64,000 nt of DNA, from assembly GCA_016204045.1 (NCBI GenBank), contig JACQLQ010000001.1:21515-85514 (forward strand), in the 5' to 3' direction. The position numbers were made by a program, and so were the translations under genes. The notes beneath the pieces are model-generated. The model was not told the DNA's origin and made no database searches. It was given only the letters and a program-made list of their open reading frames with translations. Below, piece after piece: positions 10,171-19,125 of the stretch. The stretch comes from Parcubacteria group bacterium (GTDB taxonomy: Bacteria > Patescibacteriota > Minisyncoccia > Phycocordibacterales > UBA2135). How positions within the stretch are numbered: position 1 is the stretch's first letter; each line of letters begins with the position of its first letter.

Positions 10171-10698
10171 CTAGAGACCTTGCCCCGCTCCTTTCCTCGC
10201 ACGATGGACGAGTTCATCGCGAAGTTTTTCTGCAACCTCCCTTGAGAGACCAGGGAGGGTCCCCTCTGCTCCAACCCCCCAGACACCACGACGACGAACA
10301 ACTGCGCTAGCTCCCGCTGTTTGAATCTCGAGATCGGATAAGCCCAATAGCCGAGCAATAATCCCGCGATGAATATCGACGTTTTGGATACGGTTGTAAG
10401 GAATGGTTACGTATGTTTTCCAGATGATGCCGTGCTCTTTGCGAAATCCTTCTTCGCGGAGTTCGTAGCGAACAAAATGGTAGGTAAGTTTGGCAATAAC
10501 CCAGAGGAGAATAATCACAAGTACCCCAAGGGAGAGCAGTCCACCCCACCACAGTACGGGTGATATTTCGAGTTCTTCCAGTAGTACCGCACCCTCGTCC
10601 CCCAAAAAGGAAAAGATGATGATAATTATGGGTAAACCAAAAATGAGCAGGTTTTGAATGAAAAACATCAAAACGGCTTTAGGGTCGAGTTGTTGCAT
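10171..10698 (-). CDS. YdbS-like bacterial PH-domain membrane protein
   Basis: 2 TMs then IPYNRIQNVDIHRG..RLLGL..LEIQTAG. Confidence 0.85.
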   Translation of the reverse strand: MQQLDPKAVLMFFIQNLLIFGLPIIIIIFSFLGDEGAVLLEELEISPVLWWGGLLSLGVLVIILLWVIAKLTYHFVRYELREEGFRKEHGIIWKTYVTIPYNRIQNVDIHRGIIARLLGLSDLEIQTAGASAVVRRRGVWGVGAEGTLPGLSREVAEKLRDELVHRARKGAGQGL

Positions 10699-10710
10699 GT
10701 GTAAAGTATA

Positions 10711-10995
10711 TCACTTGCTCGCTAAAACGTAACGAACAGTTACCTCTTCTCCGATGACGAGGGACTCTTTTCTGCAGACCGACTTTTTTATCGGGATGAA
10801 GTACTGTTTGCCTTTAATAGGAAAGAGTGAGGTCCGCCACGTCGTCTTGCCAACCGTCGCCATGACAGGGATGCTCCCCCACCCACCGCGCGGCACATCT
10901 GGCACCTTCGAGTCCGGAATAGGGACATAGGTCCACGGCGCCTCCATTGGGAACACGTGGAGTTTTTCTTTTACGACAAAAGCCTTAGTAACCAT
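10711..10995 (-). CDS. DUF1905 domain protein
   Basis: WTYVPIP, GWGSIPV.ATVG, WRTSLFP, PIKKSV motifs; upstream part of the listed ORF is tRNA-Leu. Confidence 0.8.
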   Translation of the reverse strand: MVTKAFVVKEKLHVFPMEAPWTYVPIPDSKVPDVPRGGWGSIPVMATVGKTTWRTSLFPIKGKQYFIPIKKSVCRKESLVIGEEVTVRYVLASK

Positions 10996-11079
10996 TGGTG
11001 CGCAGGGGGGGATTTGAACCCCCAAGCCTTGCGGCATACGCCCCTCAAGCGTACGTGTATACCGTTCCACCACCTGCGC
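10996..11079 (-). tRNA. tRNA-Leu(GAG), CCA encoded
   Basis: GCGCAGG acceptor, TACGC-TT GAG GG-GCGTA anticodon arm, long variable arm. Confidence 0.95.
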
Positions 11080-11164
11080 ATACTTCAATCTCTACGTGGT
11101 TTCTAGTATATGGTAAATCGCATGGTTCGTAAAGAAAACGACCCGTTTGAGACGGATCGGTTCC

Positions 11165-11638
11165 TTACTCCTTCTTTGCTGGTTCTGCGGCCTCTGCTTT
11201 GACTTCTTCTGCCGGAGCTTCCGCGGTTACCACTTCTTCTTCCATGGCTTCTGTGGGTACCATCTCTTGATATTTGACGGTTGCGAAATCGGAGAAGCGC
11301 TTCATCTTGCGACGGGTATCCTTTGCTGTCTTTTCGCGAACATAATAGAGTTTGGCGCGTCGCGTCTTTGAACGGCTGAGGATCTCAATCTTATCAATCG
11401 TTGGAGAGTATAAAGGAAAAATCTTCTCTACGCCGACACCACTCGCAATCTTGCGCACCGTAAAGGTAGCGCCCGACTCTGCGCCGTGCTTGCGTGCAAT
11501 GACGAGACCCTCGAAGGCCTGGAGACGAGTTTTGTCCCCTTCTTTGAGCTTAACCCACACCCGGATCGTGTCGCCGGAGCGGATGTCGATCTTTTTTCGC
11601 TCTTTAATATTAACGGGGGAAAAAGTAATAGTAGTCAT
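11165..11638 (-). CDS. rplS: 50S ribosomal protein L19
   Basis: GDTIRV, RLQAFEG, TFTVRKI, RRAKLYY; acidic C-terminal tail. Confidence 0.96.
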   Translation of the reverse strand: MTTITFSPVNIKERKKIDIRSGDTIRVWVKLKEGDKTRLQAFEGLVIARKHGAESGATFTVRKIASGVGVEKIFPLYSPTIDKIEILSRSKTRRAKLYYVREKTAKDTRRKMKRFSDFATVKYQEMVPTEAMEEEVVTAEAPAEEVKAEAAEPAKKE

Positions 11639-11661
11639 AGACAATACGCCACTCTAACAGA

Positions 11662-12387
11662 TTATCCGCGGCTTTGCAACCCTGGGAATTGGGCATGTAC
11701 GAACCGCGCAAATTCCTCAGGCAGAGGCGCTTCGAGGCGCATACGGGTGCCGTTTGGGTGCGTTAACGAAAGCCCTAAGGCGTGAAGCGCGAGACGACCC
11801 ATCTCTCCTGGGCACTCGCGTCTTGGCGCATAGAGCGGATCACAAAGTATGGGGTGCTCAATCGACTTCAGGTGGACACGCAGCTGGTGCGTACGACCCG
11901 TTTTGGGGAAAAGCGCCATATACGAATAGGCTTCAGAGGTACCGAGTGTTCGGTAGAGCGTCTTTGCTTCACGCCCGTCTACGCCGACTTTCCTCCTTCG
12001 ATAATCTCTTTTGCTTCGAGCAATGGGGGTGTCGATGACGCCCTCTTTCTTACTCACATTGCCGTACACAATGGCACGATATTCTTTTTCTATCTCTCGC
12101 TCTTGAAATTGTTTCTTCAGTGCGAGGTATGCGTCTTGCGTTTTTGCGATAAGCAAGATGCCGGAGGTGTCTTTGTCGAGTCGGTGCACAATACCGGGGC
12201 GATTGATAATGGCGCCGTCGGGCAAGACAAAGGGCTCTCCGACTTTCCCGATCTCTGGATACCTCTCCTCGATCCAGGTAACAACTGTTTCTTCGCTACT
12301 CTTTTTTGATGGCGAGTGCACGAGTAAACCCGCCGGTTTGTTCACCGCAACAATATACTCATCTTCATACACAATTGCTATGGGCAT
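11662..12387 (-). CDS. RluA-family pseudouridine synthase (RluD-like, no S4 domain)
   Basis: VNKPAGL, HRLDKDTSG, TGRTHQLRVH. Confidence 0.93.
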   Translation of the reverse strand: MPIAIVYEDEYIVAVNKPAGLLVHSPSKKSSEETVVTWIEERYPEIGKVGEPFVLPDGAIINRPGIVHRLDKDTSGILLIAKTQDAYLALKKQFQEREIEKEYRAIVYGNVSKKEGVIDTPIARSKRDYRRRKVGVDGREAKTLYRTLGTSEAYSYMALFPKTGRTHQLRVHLKSIEHPILCDPLYAPRRECPGEMGRLALHALGLSLTHPNGTRMRLEAPLPEEFARFVHAQFPGLQSRG

Positions 12388-12407
12388 AGTAGAGAAACGA
12401 ACGCCTG

Positions 12408-13079
12408 TTACTTGCCGCGCCGACGCGAGCGTTCGGGAAACTCTTTTAAAATAGCATCAAATTCTTCTTTCGAAAAATCGGGCCAATAGCTGTCGACAAA
12501 GAAGAGCTCGCTATACACCGACTGCCATGGGAGGAAGTTCGAAAGTCGCTGTTCGCCGCCCGTGCGAATAATAGCGTCTGGATCGGGAAGATTGTTGGTC
12601 CAGAGATGCTTCGCGAATGTTTCTTCGGTAAACCCTAGACCTTCGGCAGAGGCCTTGCGTGCGGCCTCGACAATCTCCTTGCGTCCGCCGTATGAGATTG
12701 CGACAGCAACGGTAATCGCTGTATTGTTTTTTGTCTTCTCCTCCAGGTCGCGCACGAGCGTTTGGATGTTCTGCGGAAGTCGCTCTCGCTCGCCTATGCA
12801 CACGATGCGCGCGTTTTCTTTTTGCAGTTGACCAAACTCCTCTTTGAGAGCAGTCTCAAAGAGCCGCATGAGATACTCGACCTCGTTCTGCGCGCGATTC
12901 CAGTTCTCTGTCGAAAAAGCATAAAAAATGAGTGTTCCGATACCCGCCTCTCGCGCCCACGAAACCACCTCTTTCAACTTTTCGTAACCACGACGATGCC
13001 CTTCAAAGACAGGGAGACCATGCTCCTCTGCCCAGCGGCGATTGCCATCCATAATAATACCAATGCTTTGGGGAATCAT
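12408..13079 (-). CDS. uppS: undecaprenyl diphosphate synthase
   Basis: IMDGNRRWA, FSTENW, RTGGEQRLSNF. Confidence 0.96.
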   Translation of the reverse strand: MIPQSIGIIMDGNRRWAEEHGLPVFEGHRRGYEKLKEVVSWAREAGIGTLIFYAFSTENWNRAQNEVEYLMRLFETALKEEFGQLQKENARIVCIGERERLPQNIQTLVRDLEEKTKNNTAITVAVAISYGGRKEIVEAARKASAEGLGFTEETFAKHLWTNNLPDPDAIIRTGGEQRLSNFLPWQSVYSELFFVDSYWPDFSKEEFDAILKEFPERSRRRGK

Positions 13080-13083
13080 ATGA

Positions 13084-13359
13084 TTAATATACTATGGTAA
13101 ATCCTCGAAACTCCTGTGTTGGGGAACGCCAGGCGACCTTAACATTATCCACGCGCGAGAGTAGCGAACCTTTGTGGAGATGCTCAACAAGTTTCGCGAG
13201 GCTTTCTTCGTCTCCCTGCGCCACAACATAGACAGAACCATCTTTGATATTTTGTACAAAACCGAGAAGAGAGAGTCCGCGTGATTTGCGTTGCACAAAA
13301 TCACGGAACATCACCAATTGCACCCTGCCCGTTATTTTTGCTTCAATTTCTTTTTTCAT
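13084..13359 (-). CDS. acyP: acylphosphatase
   Basis: GRVQLVMFR, GFVQN..DGSV. Confidence 0.88.
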   Translation of the reverse strand: MKKEIEAKITGRVQLVMFRDFVQRKSRGLSLLGFVQNIKDGSVYVVAQGDEESLAKLVEHLHKGSLLSRVDNVKVAWRSPTQEFRGFTIVY

Positions 13360-13381
13360 CTTGCAATCAGGGGCTTATGCA

Positions 13382-14176
13382 TTAGAACAAGCTATAGATG
13401 AGATAGGTGAGATATAGAGAAACCACGGTCAGGAGCAACACCCTAAGGTATTTCTCGGGCACCTTGCGGATGTGCCTGGTCATGAAGTTCGCACTGATAA
13501 ACGAGGCGACAAAAATCACGAGGAAATGGGGCCATGCGATGAGCCCGGAGAATGCCGTAACGACTGTTGAAAAGAGTGTTGGCGGCAACGCGATAAGACT
13601 TGCGAGACCAAGACCCTCAACGAAACTTATGCGAAGGATGCTTTGGTATGCAAACCGACTGAATGTCCCGACTCCGACACCACTCACGTTTCCGTACACC
13701 CCAAGTATAAACATCAGGGTAAAGATGAACGGGTAGTGTCTCATGCTAAGGTGTACATTCTCTACTGCTTGCATCTCTGCCTTCTTCCCAATCAACACAT
13801 ATATCAAGAGCACGGAGAGACCCAGTATCAAAACCGCTTTCAAAAACACAACAGGGATGTAGATGAGGAATGCTGTGCCGATGACCCCACCAACAAACAT
13901 GGGGAGGGCTAACATAAAGAGCAGTTTCTTGTTGCTCAGCACCTTCCGAGATGACGCGAGAACTATGCCTATATCTGCCCCTTGTGAGCCGCCGATGTCT
14001 GTCGCCACAACGACTGCGAGCGGCAATCCAATAGCCGCGAGTGTAAACTGTATAAGCACGCCCCCGCTTCCGACGATTGTTGCGTAACCCTCACCGATAA
14101 ACCCAGCGAGGAAACTTGCGAGTAAATGCCAGACTTCAAAATACGGCGGCAGAAGATGCAAGAGAAAATCGGGCAT
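13382..14176 (-). CDS. TauE/SafE (TSUP) family membrane transporter
   Basis: GSGG and GVGVG repeats, about 8 TMs. Confidence 0.75.
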   Translation of the reverse strand: MPDFLLHLLPPYFEVWHLLASFLAGFIGEGYATIVGSGGVLIQFTLAAIGLPLAVVVATDIGGSQGADIGIVLASSRKVLSNKKLLFMLALPMFVGGVIGTAFLIYIPVVFLKAVLILGLSVLLIYVLIGKKAEMQAVENVHLSMRHYPFIFTLMFILGVYGNVSGVGVGTFSRFAYQSILRISFVEGLGLASLIALPPTLFSTVVTAFSGLIAWPHFLVIFVASFISANFMTRHIRKVPEKYLRVLLLTVVSLYLTYLIYSLF

Positions 14177-14178
14177 GA

Positions 14179-14397
14179 TTACTTAGTGCTCTTTTCTTTT
14201 TTGATTTTAGCGAGCTCGACGGTTGCCGAGATAATAAACACCGCTTGGAGTATGACGAATATTATTTCGTCGATTGATACGCTGTATATAAGGAGTGAGA
14301 TACCACCAATGATAAAGACGATGTTTTGCTTCACCTCATCACGCACCCACAGTGCACAAGAAACTGCCAGCAACCCAAAAATGCCAAAAGTGATCAT
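14179..14397 (-). CDS. small 3-TM hypothetical membrane protein
   Basis: hydrophobic 72-aa ORF packed between tRNA-Val and the TauE gene. Confidence 0.65.
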   Translation of the reverse strand: MITFGIFGLLAVSCALWVRDEVKQNIVFIIGGISLLIYSVSIDEIIFVILQAVFIISATVELAKIKKEKSTK

Positions 14398-14401
14398 ACG
14401 G

Positions 14402-14474
14402 TGCGCGGTGAGGGACTCGAACCCCCGACATCTTCAGTGTAAATGAAGCGCTCTACCAACTGAGCTAACCGCGC
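14402..14474 (-). tRNA. tRNA-Val(TAC), CCA not encoded
   Basis: GCGCGGT acceptor, CTTCA-TT TAC AC-TGAAG anticodon arm. Confidence 0.95.
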
Positions 14475-14636
14475 ATATTACTTTCGAGCTTAGACCTGCC
14501 AAAACAGCTAACTGCACATTATATCGAGCTTAGACCTGCCAAAACAGCTAACTGCACATTATATTGAGCTTAGATTTATCAAAACAGCTAACCGAGCATA
14601 TTACTTCCGAGCTTAGACCTGCCAAGACAACTAACC
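14463..14636. repeat. degenerate tandem repeat, 4 units of 40-43 bp plus a partial unit
   Basis: units start at 14463, 14506, 14546 and 14586; consensus AGCTAACxG..CAT..T.GAGCTTAGACCTGCCAAAAC. Confidence 0.9.
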
Positions 14637-14653
14637 ATCCTTGTCTCTAGCTA

Positions 14654-14725
14654 TCCCCCCGGCAGGAATCGAACCTACATCAATGCCTTAGAAGAGCACT
14701 GCTCTATCCATTGAGCTACGGGGGG
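14654..14725 (-). tRNA. tRNA-Arg(TCT), CCA not encoded
   Basis: CCCCCCG/CGGGGGG acceptor, GTGCT-CT TCT AA-GGCAT anticodon arm. Confidence 0.92.
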
Positions 14726-14766
14726 TATCATACAACACGCACCGCGCATTGTACCTCGTTTCCGCT

Positions 14767-15102
14767 TTATTGTGAAGGATCGCTCATGCGCGGCGGCGGT
14801 GTCGTAAGGAGTTCCACAAGCGTTGCTTCTTTTGCTTTGTAAATCTCTTCGAGATCCCCGATATCTTCAATGCTGAGGGCGGTCTCTTCGCTCTCACTCA
14901 ACGCATGCGAGGCAAATACCTCTCCATCGGAAATCGCAATAAACAAATACACACCAACGCCCGCAGACAATATAAGAAGAACGAAAAGCCCAACAACAAG
15001 AAACATCCAGTCACGATACGGGGATGGTTCCGTTTTTGCGGAATCATAATCAAAAACCCCCTTAATGCGTTCGACGATATTTTTTGTGCTTAAGGTTTTC
15101 AT
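14767..15102 (-). CDS. hypothetical single-TM protein, last gene of pilMNO-like operon
   Basis: one TM; operon context. Confidence 0.7.
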   Translation of the reverse strand: MKTLSTKNIVERIKGVFDYDSAKTEPSPYRDWMFLVVGLFVLLILSAGVGVYLFIAISDGEVFASHALSESEETALSIEDIGDLEEIYKAKEATLVELLTTPPPRMSDPSQ

Positions 15103-15114
15103 TTGTTGTGCACG

Positions 15115-15735
15115 TTACGCGGCGTCCTTTGCAATAAAACTTTTTATATCCATCATGAACGCGCCCTCCCATGGGCCAACGCGCTTCCCGTCTTCAAAAC
15201 CACCATCTGTGTTCCTGATGACAAACTGCTCAAGTGCCGTGTTGTAGGGAAGCGTTTCAATAAGGGCGAGTAGGTAGTACACACTTCCGAACTCCCCATA
15301 CACCTTGAACCGCACTCTAAGAAACGGATTTGACCCACCACCGCGTTCGATAGTTACGTGTTCAATGGTGGTTGTCACCCCCGCGCGCCTCCCGACAGTC
15401 TCCATCTCTTGGAGGAACAGCGCAACATTATTTTCTGAGACAAAATATTTCTCGAGGGCGTCGCGGGTCGCCTTCGTTTCAGTAAGCGCATGTCGTATCG
15501 CGCGATATGTTTGTTCCTTCTTTGCCTCGCCTCCAAGCTCTTCGAGGAGTGTTGCTGTTGTGACGCTTTTCTTTATGATCGTATACAATACGGTGCCATA
15601 CGCACCAATCGCTATCGTGATGAAAACCATGAGCAACACGAGTAACCGAACACCCTTGGAAAGTCCGCGCGGACGCCCCGCTCTTGGTGGCGCGGTGGAG
15701 GGGTCTTCTTTTGTGTTTTGTCTTTCTTGGTCCAT
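15115..15735 (-). CDS. PilO-like type IV pilus alignment protein
   Basis: TM + coiled coil + VYGEF..YYLLALIETLP PilO-like motif; follows pilM/pilN. Confidence 0.65.
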   Translation of the reverse strand: MDQERQNTKEDPSTAPPRAGRPRGLSKGVRLLVLLMVFITIAIGAYGTVLYTIIKKSVTTATLLEELGGEAKKEQTYRAIRHALTETKATRDALEKYFVSENNVALFLQEMETVGRRAGVTTTIEHVTIERGGGSNPFLRVRFKVYGEFGSVYYLLALIETLPYNTALEQFVIRNTDGGFEDGKRVGPWEGAFMMDIKSFIAKDAA

Positions 15736-15744
15736 GATACGAGA

Positions 15745-16329
15745 CTACTCTCCAAGCATCTGTTCCTCGCCTAAACGATAGGTAAGCGTAATCGAAAAGG
15801 GAATATCAACACTCTTTGCCAATTGTTCCACGGGGAGCGCAACCTTGCCCACAAACGAAAGACCTTGGAGTCCCTCGGAAAATGACAAAAGAGAAGCGCG
15901 GTTCTCGCTCACGCCGCGTACGACCAACGTCTGGGTGATTCCCTTCGGTTTTTTGGGCTCCTCGCGGTAGAAAAACTCCTCAATAACGACCCCTTTCTCC
16001 TGCTTCCCAATAACAGCCTTCACTATTTCGGTGTGGGTAAGGAGAACCCTCTCTTCTCCCCTAAGAAGCCCTGTTTTTTTCTTTGCGGCACGGGACTGTT
16101 CTGTAACGAGCGCTTTCTCAGCCCGCTCTGTTGCTTCGCGTGCAATAGCCAGCCGCTCTCCCGCGGCACGTATGTTCACTTCACCCAAAAAGAGGGCTGG
16201 CAAGGTAAAAAGTGTACTCAACGTGGCGAAGAGTATGAAGAGGATAGCGGCAACAGTAAGGAGACGCCCCCGATATCGTCGGTAGACTGCTCGTTTCTGT
16301 ATTTGCGGAAGAAGGTTAATTGATGTCAT
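15745..16329 (-). CDS. pilN: PilN-like type IV pilus alignment protein
   Basis: N-terminal INLLP motif, TM, coiled coil; follows pilM. Confidence 0.75.
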   Translation of the reverse strand: MTSINLLPQIQKRAVYRRYRGRLLTVAAILFILFATLSTLFTLPALFLGEVNIRAAGERLAIAREATERAEKALVTEQSRAAKKKTGLLRGEERVLLTHTEIVKAVIGKQEKGVVIEEFFYREEPKKPKGITQTLVVRGVSENRASLLSFSEGLQGLSFVGKVALPVEQLAKSVDIPFSITLTYRLGEEQMLGE

Positions 16330-16358
16330 GCATTAGTAACAAGGAGAATCGCGAGGGA

Positions 16359-17459
16359 TTAGAGATGGGAACGCAAGGCAAGGCCTATGGCGGTGACATA
16401 ACGAAGCGCGTGATTCTGTGAAATCGGTGGGACATATTTTTCGGTCGACGCAACGTTCTTCCACGGGTTGCCGAGAGTTACCTTCATACGCATCGTAGAC
16501 GACAGGTATTCGGGGAGTCCGGGTACGTTTGCCTCTCCCCCACAAAGAAGAATCTCAGCCTCCTCGCGACGCCCGGTTACTGGGATGTTCTGATGTGTGT
16601 GCCAATAAATATAGTGCCGCTGTACCTCATCTCTCAATGCGCTGACTGTGGGCTCAAGGATAGAAAAGAGTGCGTCTTCTTTGTTGCCGTGCGAAAGTCC
16701 TCGTGTTTCTTTATAGCGTTTTGCTGTCTCCCAATCGAGACGCATTTTCCGTGCAATGACTTCGGTCAACATGTTGCCGCCAACTCGGAGTGTCGCGGTG
16801 AACCGCACGACACCTTCGGAAATGATGGAGACGCTCGAGCGCGTGGCGCCGAGGTCGACAATCATGTACGTCTTGCAGTCCCCAGGCGAGAGAAGGGCGC
16901 GAGCGAGCGCGTGGGCCTCGAGTTCAAACGAGAGCGGGACAATACCGGTGGTCGAAAATAACTCGACATACTCCTCAACGCTTTTCCTTTGCATCACCGC
17001 GAGCCCAACATCGTGCACATGTGCTTTCTTGCGGGCCTCCTCATCGCCGCACGTGATGAGTGAGTAGTCAAAAATAGCATCCTTGGGAGAGAGGGGTACA
17101 TGTTCTTCGAGTTGGAGCTCTACTGTGGAATAGAGCTCGCGCTTGGCGACACGGGGAATTTGGATTTTTACGAGATAGCTCTGCTCTTCTGACAACGCAA
17201 CACGCACGAACGAGAGGGTAAACTCACGCTCGAGCCGGAGGAGTTCCGTCTTCAGGGCGCGCGGGTTCTTAATCTCCCCCTCAACAACAATCCCTTCGGG
17301 GAGAGTCCTCTCCCCGAAACGGCTAAGTTCTAGATGCCCGTTTGCGCTTTTGAGCTCTGCAAATCTAATAGAACGATCTGATATGTCGAGCCCAACACTC
17401 GGCATGAGCAAAGACTTCGGCGGCGGGAAATATTCGAAAAAAAGATTGCTTGGACGCAT
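16359..17459 (-). CDS. pilM: type IV pilus assembly protein PilM
   Basis: VGLDISD, IVDLGA, LLCGG, AIGLALR actin-like fold motifs. Confidence 0.9.
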   Translation of the reverse strand: MRPSNLFFEYFPPPKSLLMPSVGLDISDRSIRFAELKSANGHLELSRFGERTLPEGIVVEGEIKNPRALKTELLRLEREFTLSFVRVALSEEQSYLVKIQIPRVAKRELYSTVELQLEEHVPLSPKDAIFDYSLITCGDEEARKKAHVHDVGLAVMQRKSVEEYVELFSTTGIVPLSFELEAHALARALLSPGDCKTYMIVDLGATRSSVSIISEGVVRFTATLRVGGNMLTEVIARKMRLDWETAKRYKETRGLSHGNKEDALFSILEPTVSALRDEVQRHYIYWHTHQNIPVTGRREEAEILLCGGEANVPGLPEYLSSTMRMKVTLGNPWKNVASTEKYVPPISQNHALRYVTAIGLALRSHL

Positions 17460-17499
17460 CACTTTAAGTATAGCAAACTACGTTGCGCAATTGTGGACT

Positions 17500-18117
17500 C
17501 TACTTCACTAGCAAGAAGGCAACAATAAGGAGTAGGACGAGTGCGATGGTACCAATGTTGAAATAGCGATACGCCAGATCTGTCGCCTTCTTGCCCCATA
17601 GTCGCATGAAGAGCCCTATCGCAAAGAATTGGAGGCCGCGCCCAACGAATGACGCGACAACGAAAGTGAGGAGATTAATCTTAAAGAAGCCCCCCGCAAT
17701 GGTAAAAACCTTAAACGGAATGGGGGTAAACGCGGCGGTGAAAAGGGCGAGGAAGGCATTGTCCGCAAAAAGTTTCCCCGCCTGCGCAAATGCGTCTTCT
17801 AGGCCGTAGAACGCGATGAGCGGCGCGCCAATGAGGTCAAAGAGGAAGAAGCCCACCGCGTAACCACCGAGACCACCCAAGACAGAAGTGACGGTAGTGA
17901 GGAGGGAGAGGTACACCCAGCGGCTCACATCGGCCATTAATACGGCAATCAGGAAAAAGGCGATCGGAACAGGAAAAAAGATTGACTCAATGAACGAAAA
18001 AAATCCAAGCCATGCGTGTGCGTGCTTGCCTTGCGCATGCCTCACAAGCCACGCATGAAACTGCGCTTTATAGTGTTCTTCTTTCGCACGAAATGACGTG
18101 AACCGTTCTTGTATCAT
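17500..18117 (-). CDS. DedA/YqaA family membrane protein
   Basis: FIESIFFPVP, FTPIPFKVFTI, GRGLQF. Confidence 0.9.
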   Translation of the reverse strand: MIQERFTSFRAKEEHYKAQFHAWLVRHAQGKHAHAWLGFFSFIESIFFPVPIAFFLIAVLMADVSRWVYLSLLTTVTSVLGGLGGYAVGFFLFDLIGAPLIAFYGLEDAFAQAGKLFADNAFLALFTAAFTPIPFKVFTIAGGFFKINLLTFVVASFVGRGLQFFAIGLFMRLWGKKATDLAYRYFNIGTIALVLLLIVAFLLVK

Positions 18118-18494
18118 TTGTTTTTATCGATGAAGTGTTGGAGGATAAGCGCCGCCGCAGAAGCGTCTAAGTCTTCGCGCTCTCCTTGATAGCGCTTCGC
18201 CTCGGCAGAGGTGAACATCTCTGATTCGAAAGAAACAGGGAGACCAGTTTTTGACTCCAGTTCTGTTTTAAACTGGCGAATTTTCTCCATAATGGGATTT
18301 TCGCGTTTGCTGTAGCTTATGGATTCTCCAATGATAATGTGCCTCACTCCTTCAGTGCTTGTTATATCGACAATCTTCCCTAAAAGATTCCTGTCGGTCG
18401 GTACTACTGAATGCGGAAAAGCAATGGTTCCTTCATCATCAGAGAGAGCTACCCCTGTCTTGCGGGAACCGTAGTCAATGCCCATGTATCTCAT
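18114..18494 (-). CDS. ruvX: RuvX/YqgF pre-16S rRNA nuclease
   Basis: MGIDYG..KTGVALSD, EMFTS, DASAAALIL. Confidence 0.92.
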   Translation of the reverse strand: MRYMGIDYGSRKTGVALSDDEGTIAFPHSVVPTDRNLLGKIVDITSTEGVRHIIIGESISYSKRENPIMEKIRQFKTELESKTGLPVSFESEMFTSAEAKRYQGEREDLDASAAALILQHFIDKNK

Positions 18495-18543
18495 AGAGGT
18501 AGTATATGATATATAGTATATGGTATAAAAGCGGGATATATAA

Positions 18544-18628
18544 GGAGGGGTGGCAGAGTGGTCTATTGCACTGGTCTTGAAAACCAGAGCACCGCAAGGT
18601 GCCGTGAGTTCGAATCTCACCCCCTCCG
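18544..18628 (+). tRNA. tRNA-Ser(TGA), CCA not encoded in the first copy
   Basis: GGAGGGG/CCCCTCC acceptor, CTGGT-CT TGA AA-ACCAG anticodon arm, long variable arm. Confidence 0.95.
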
Positions 18629-18789
18629 CAGATCGAACGCAGTGAGAGCTGCGGAGGGGGTGAATTGTGAAGGGGTCGGGAAACGGTAGTTTCCCGTGTA
18701 GGAGAGCAGTCCCGACTTGGGTCGGGACGTTGAGAACCGTGGGTTCTCAAGGAGGAGCGGGAGCGACGACGTCTCACTCCCCTCCGCCA
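18629..18789 (+). repeat. tRNA-linked structured element with inverted and direct copies of the tRNA-Ser 3' end
   Basis: 15-bp perfect IR 18617-18631/18649-18663; three perfect hairpins; second 3'-end copy with CCA at 18772-18789. Confidence 0.8.
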
Positions 18790-18894
18790 AAATTGAAACT
18801 TCACGATTTGCGGTGAAATTGTATCTTTTGTACGAACCTTTTAAAAAAGAACGATTAAAAATCGTTCTTTTTTGTTTGCGTAATGATATTGTAT

Positions 18895-19098
18895 TTACTT
18901 TCTATATTCCAAAATATCTCCAGGCTGGCATTTGAGTGCCTCGCAGATCGCCTCCAAGGTTCCCAGCCGGATCGCTTTAGCTTTGCCATTTTTCAATATG
19001 GAAATATTGGCCATCGTGATGCCGACTTTGTCGGCGAGCTCGGTGACGCTCATCTTCCGCTTCGCCAACATGACGTCGATGTTAATGATGATTGCCAT
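18895..19098 (-). CDS. Cro/XRE HTH regulator (YozG-like)
   Basis: LAKRKMSVTELA..VGITMANISILKNGKAKAIR..CQPGDIL. Confidence 0.92.
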   Translation of the reverse strand: MAIIINIDVMLAKRKMSVTELADKVGITMANISILKNGKAKAIRLGTLEAICEALKCQPGDILEYRK

Positions 19099-19125
19099 AG
19101 GGTTATGTATCGTGAGATTGTCGAA

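Noticed and set aside
10996-11088. N-terminal extensions of listed ORFs 10711..11088, 18114..18620, 23096..23875 and 23595..24536
   Set aside because: The extensions run through tRNA genes; starts were trimmed to the recognisable domains.
14463-14636. CRISPR array
   Set aside because: Units are contiguous degenerate copies with no unique spacers, and no cas genes are present.
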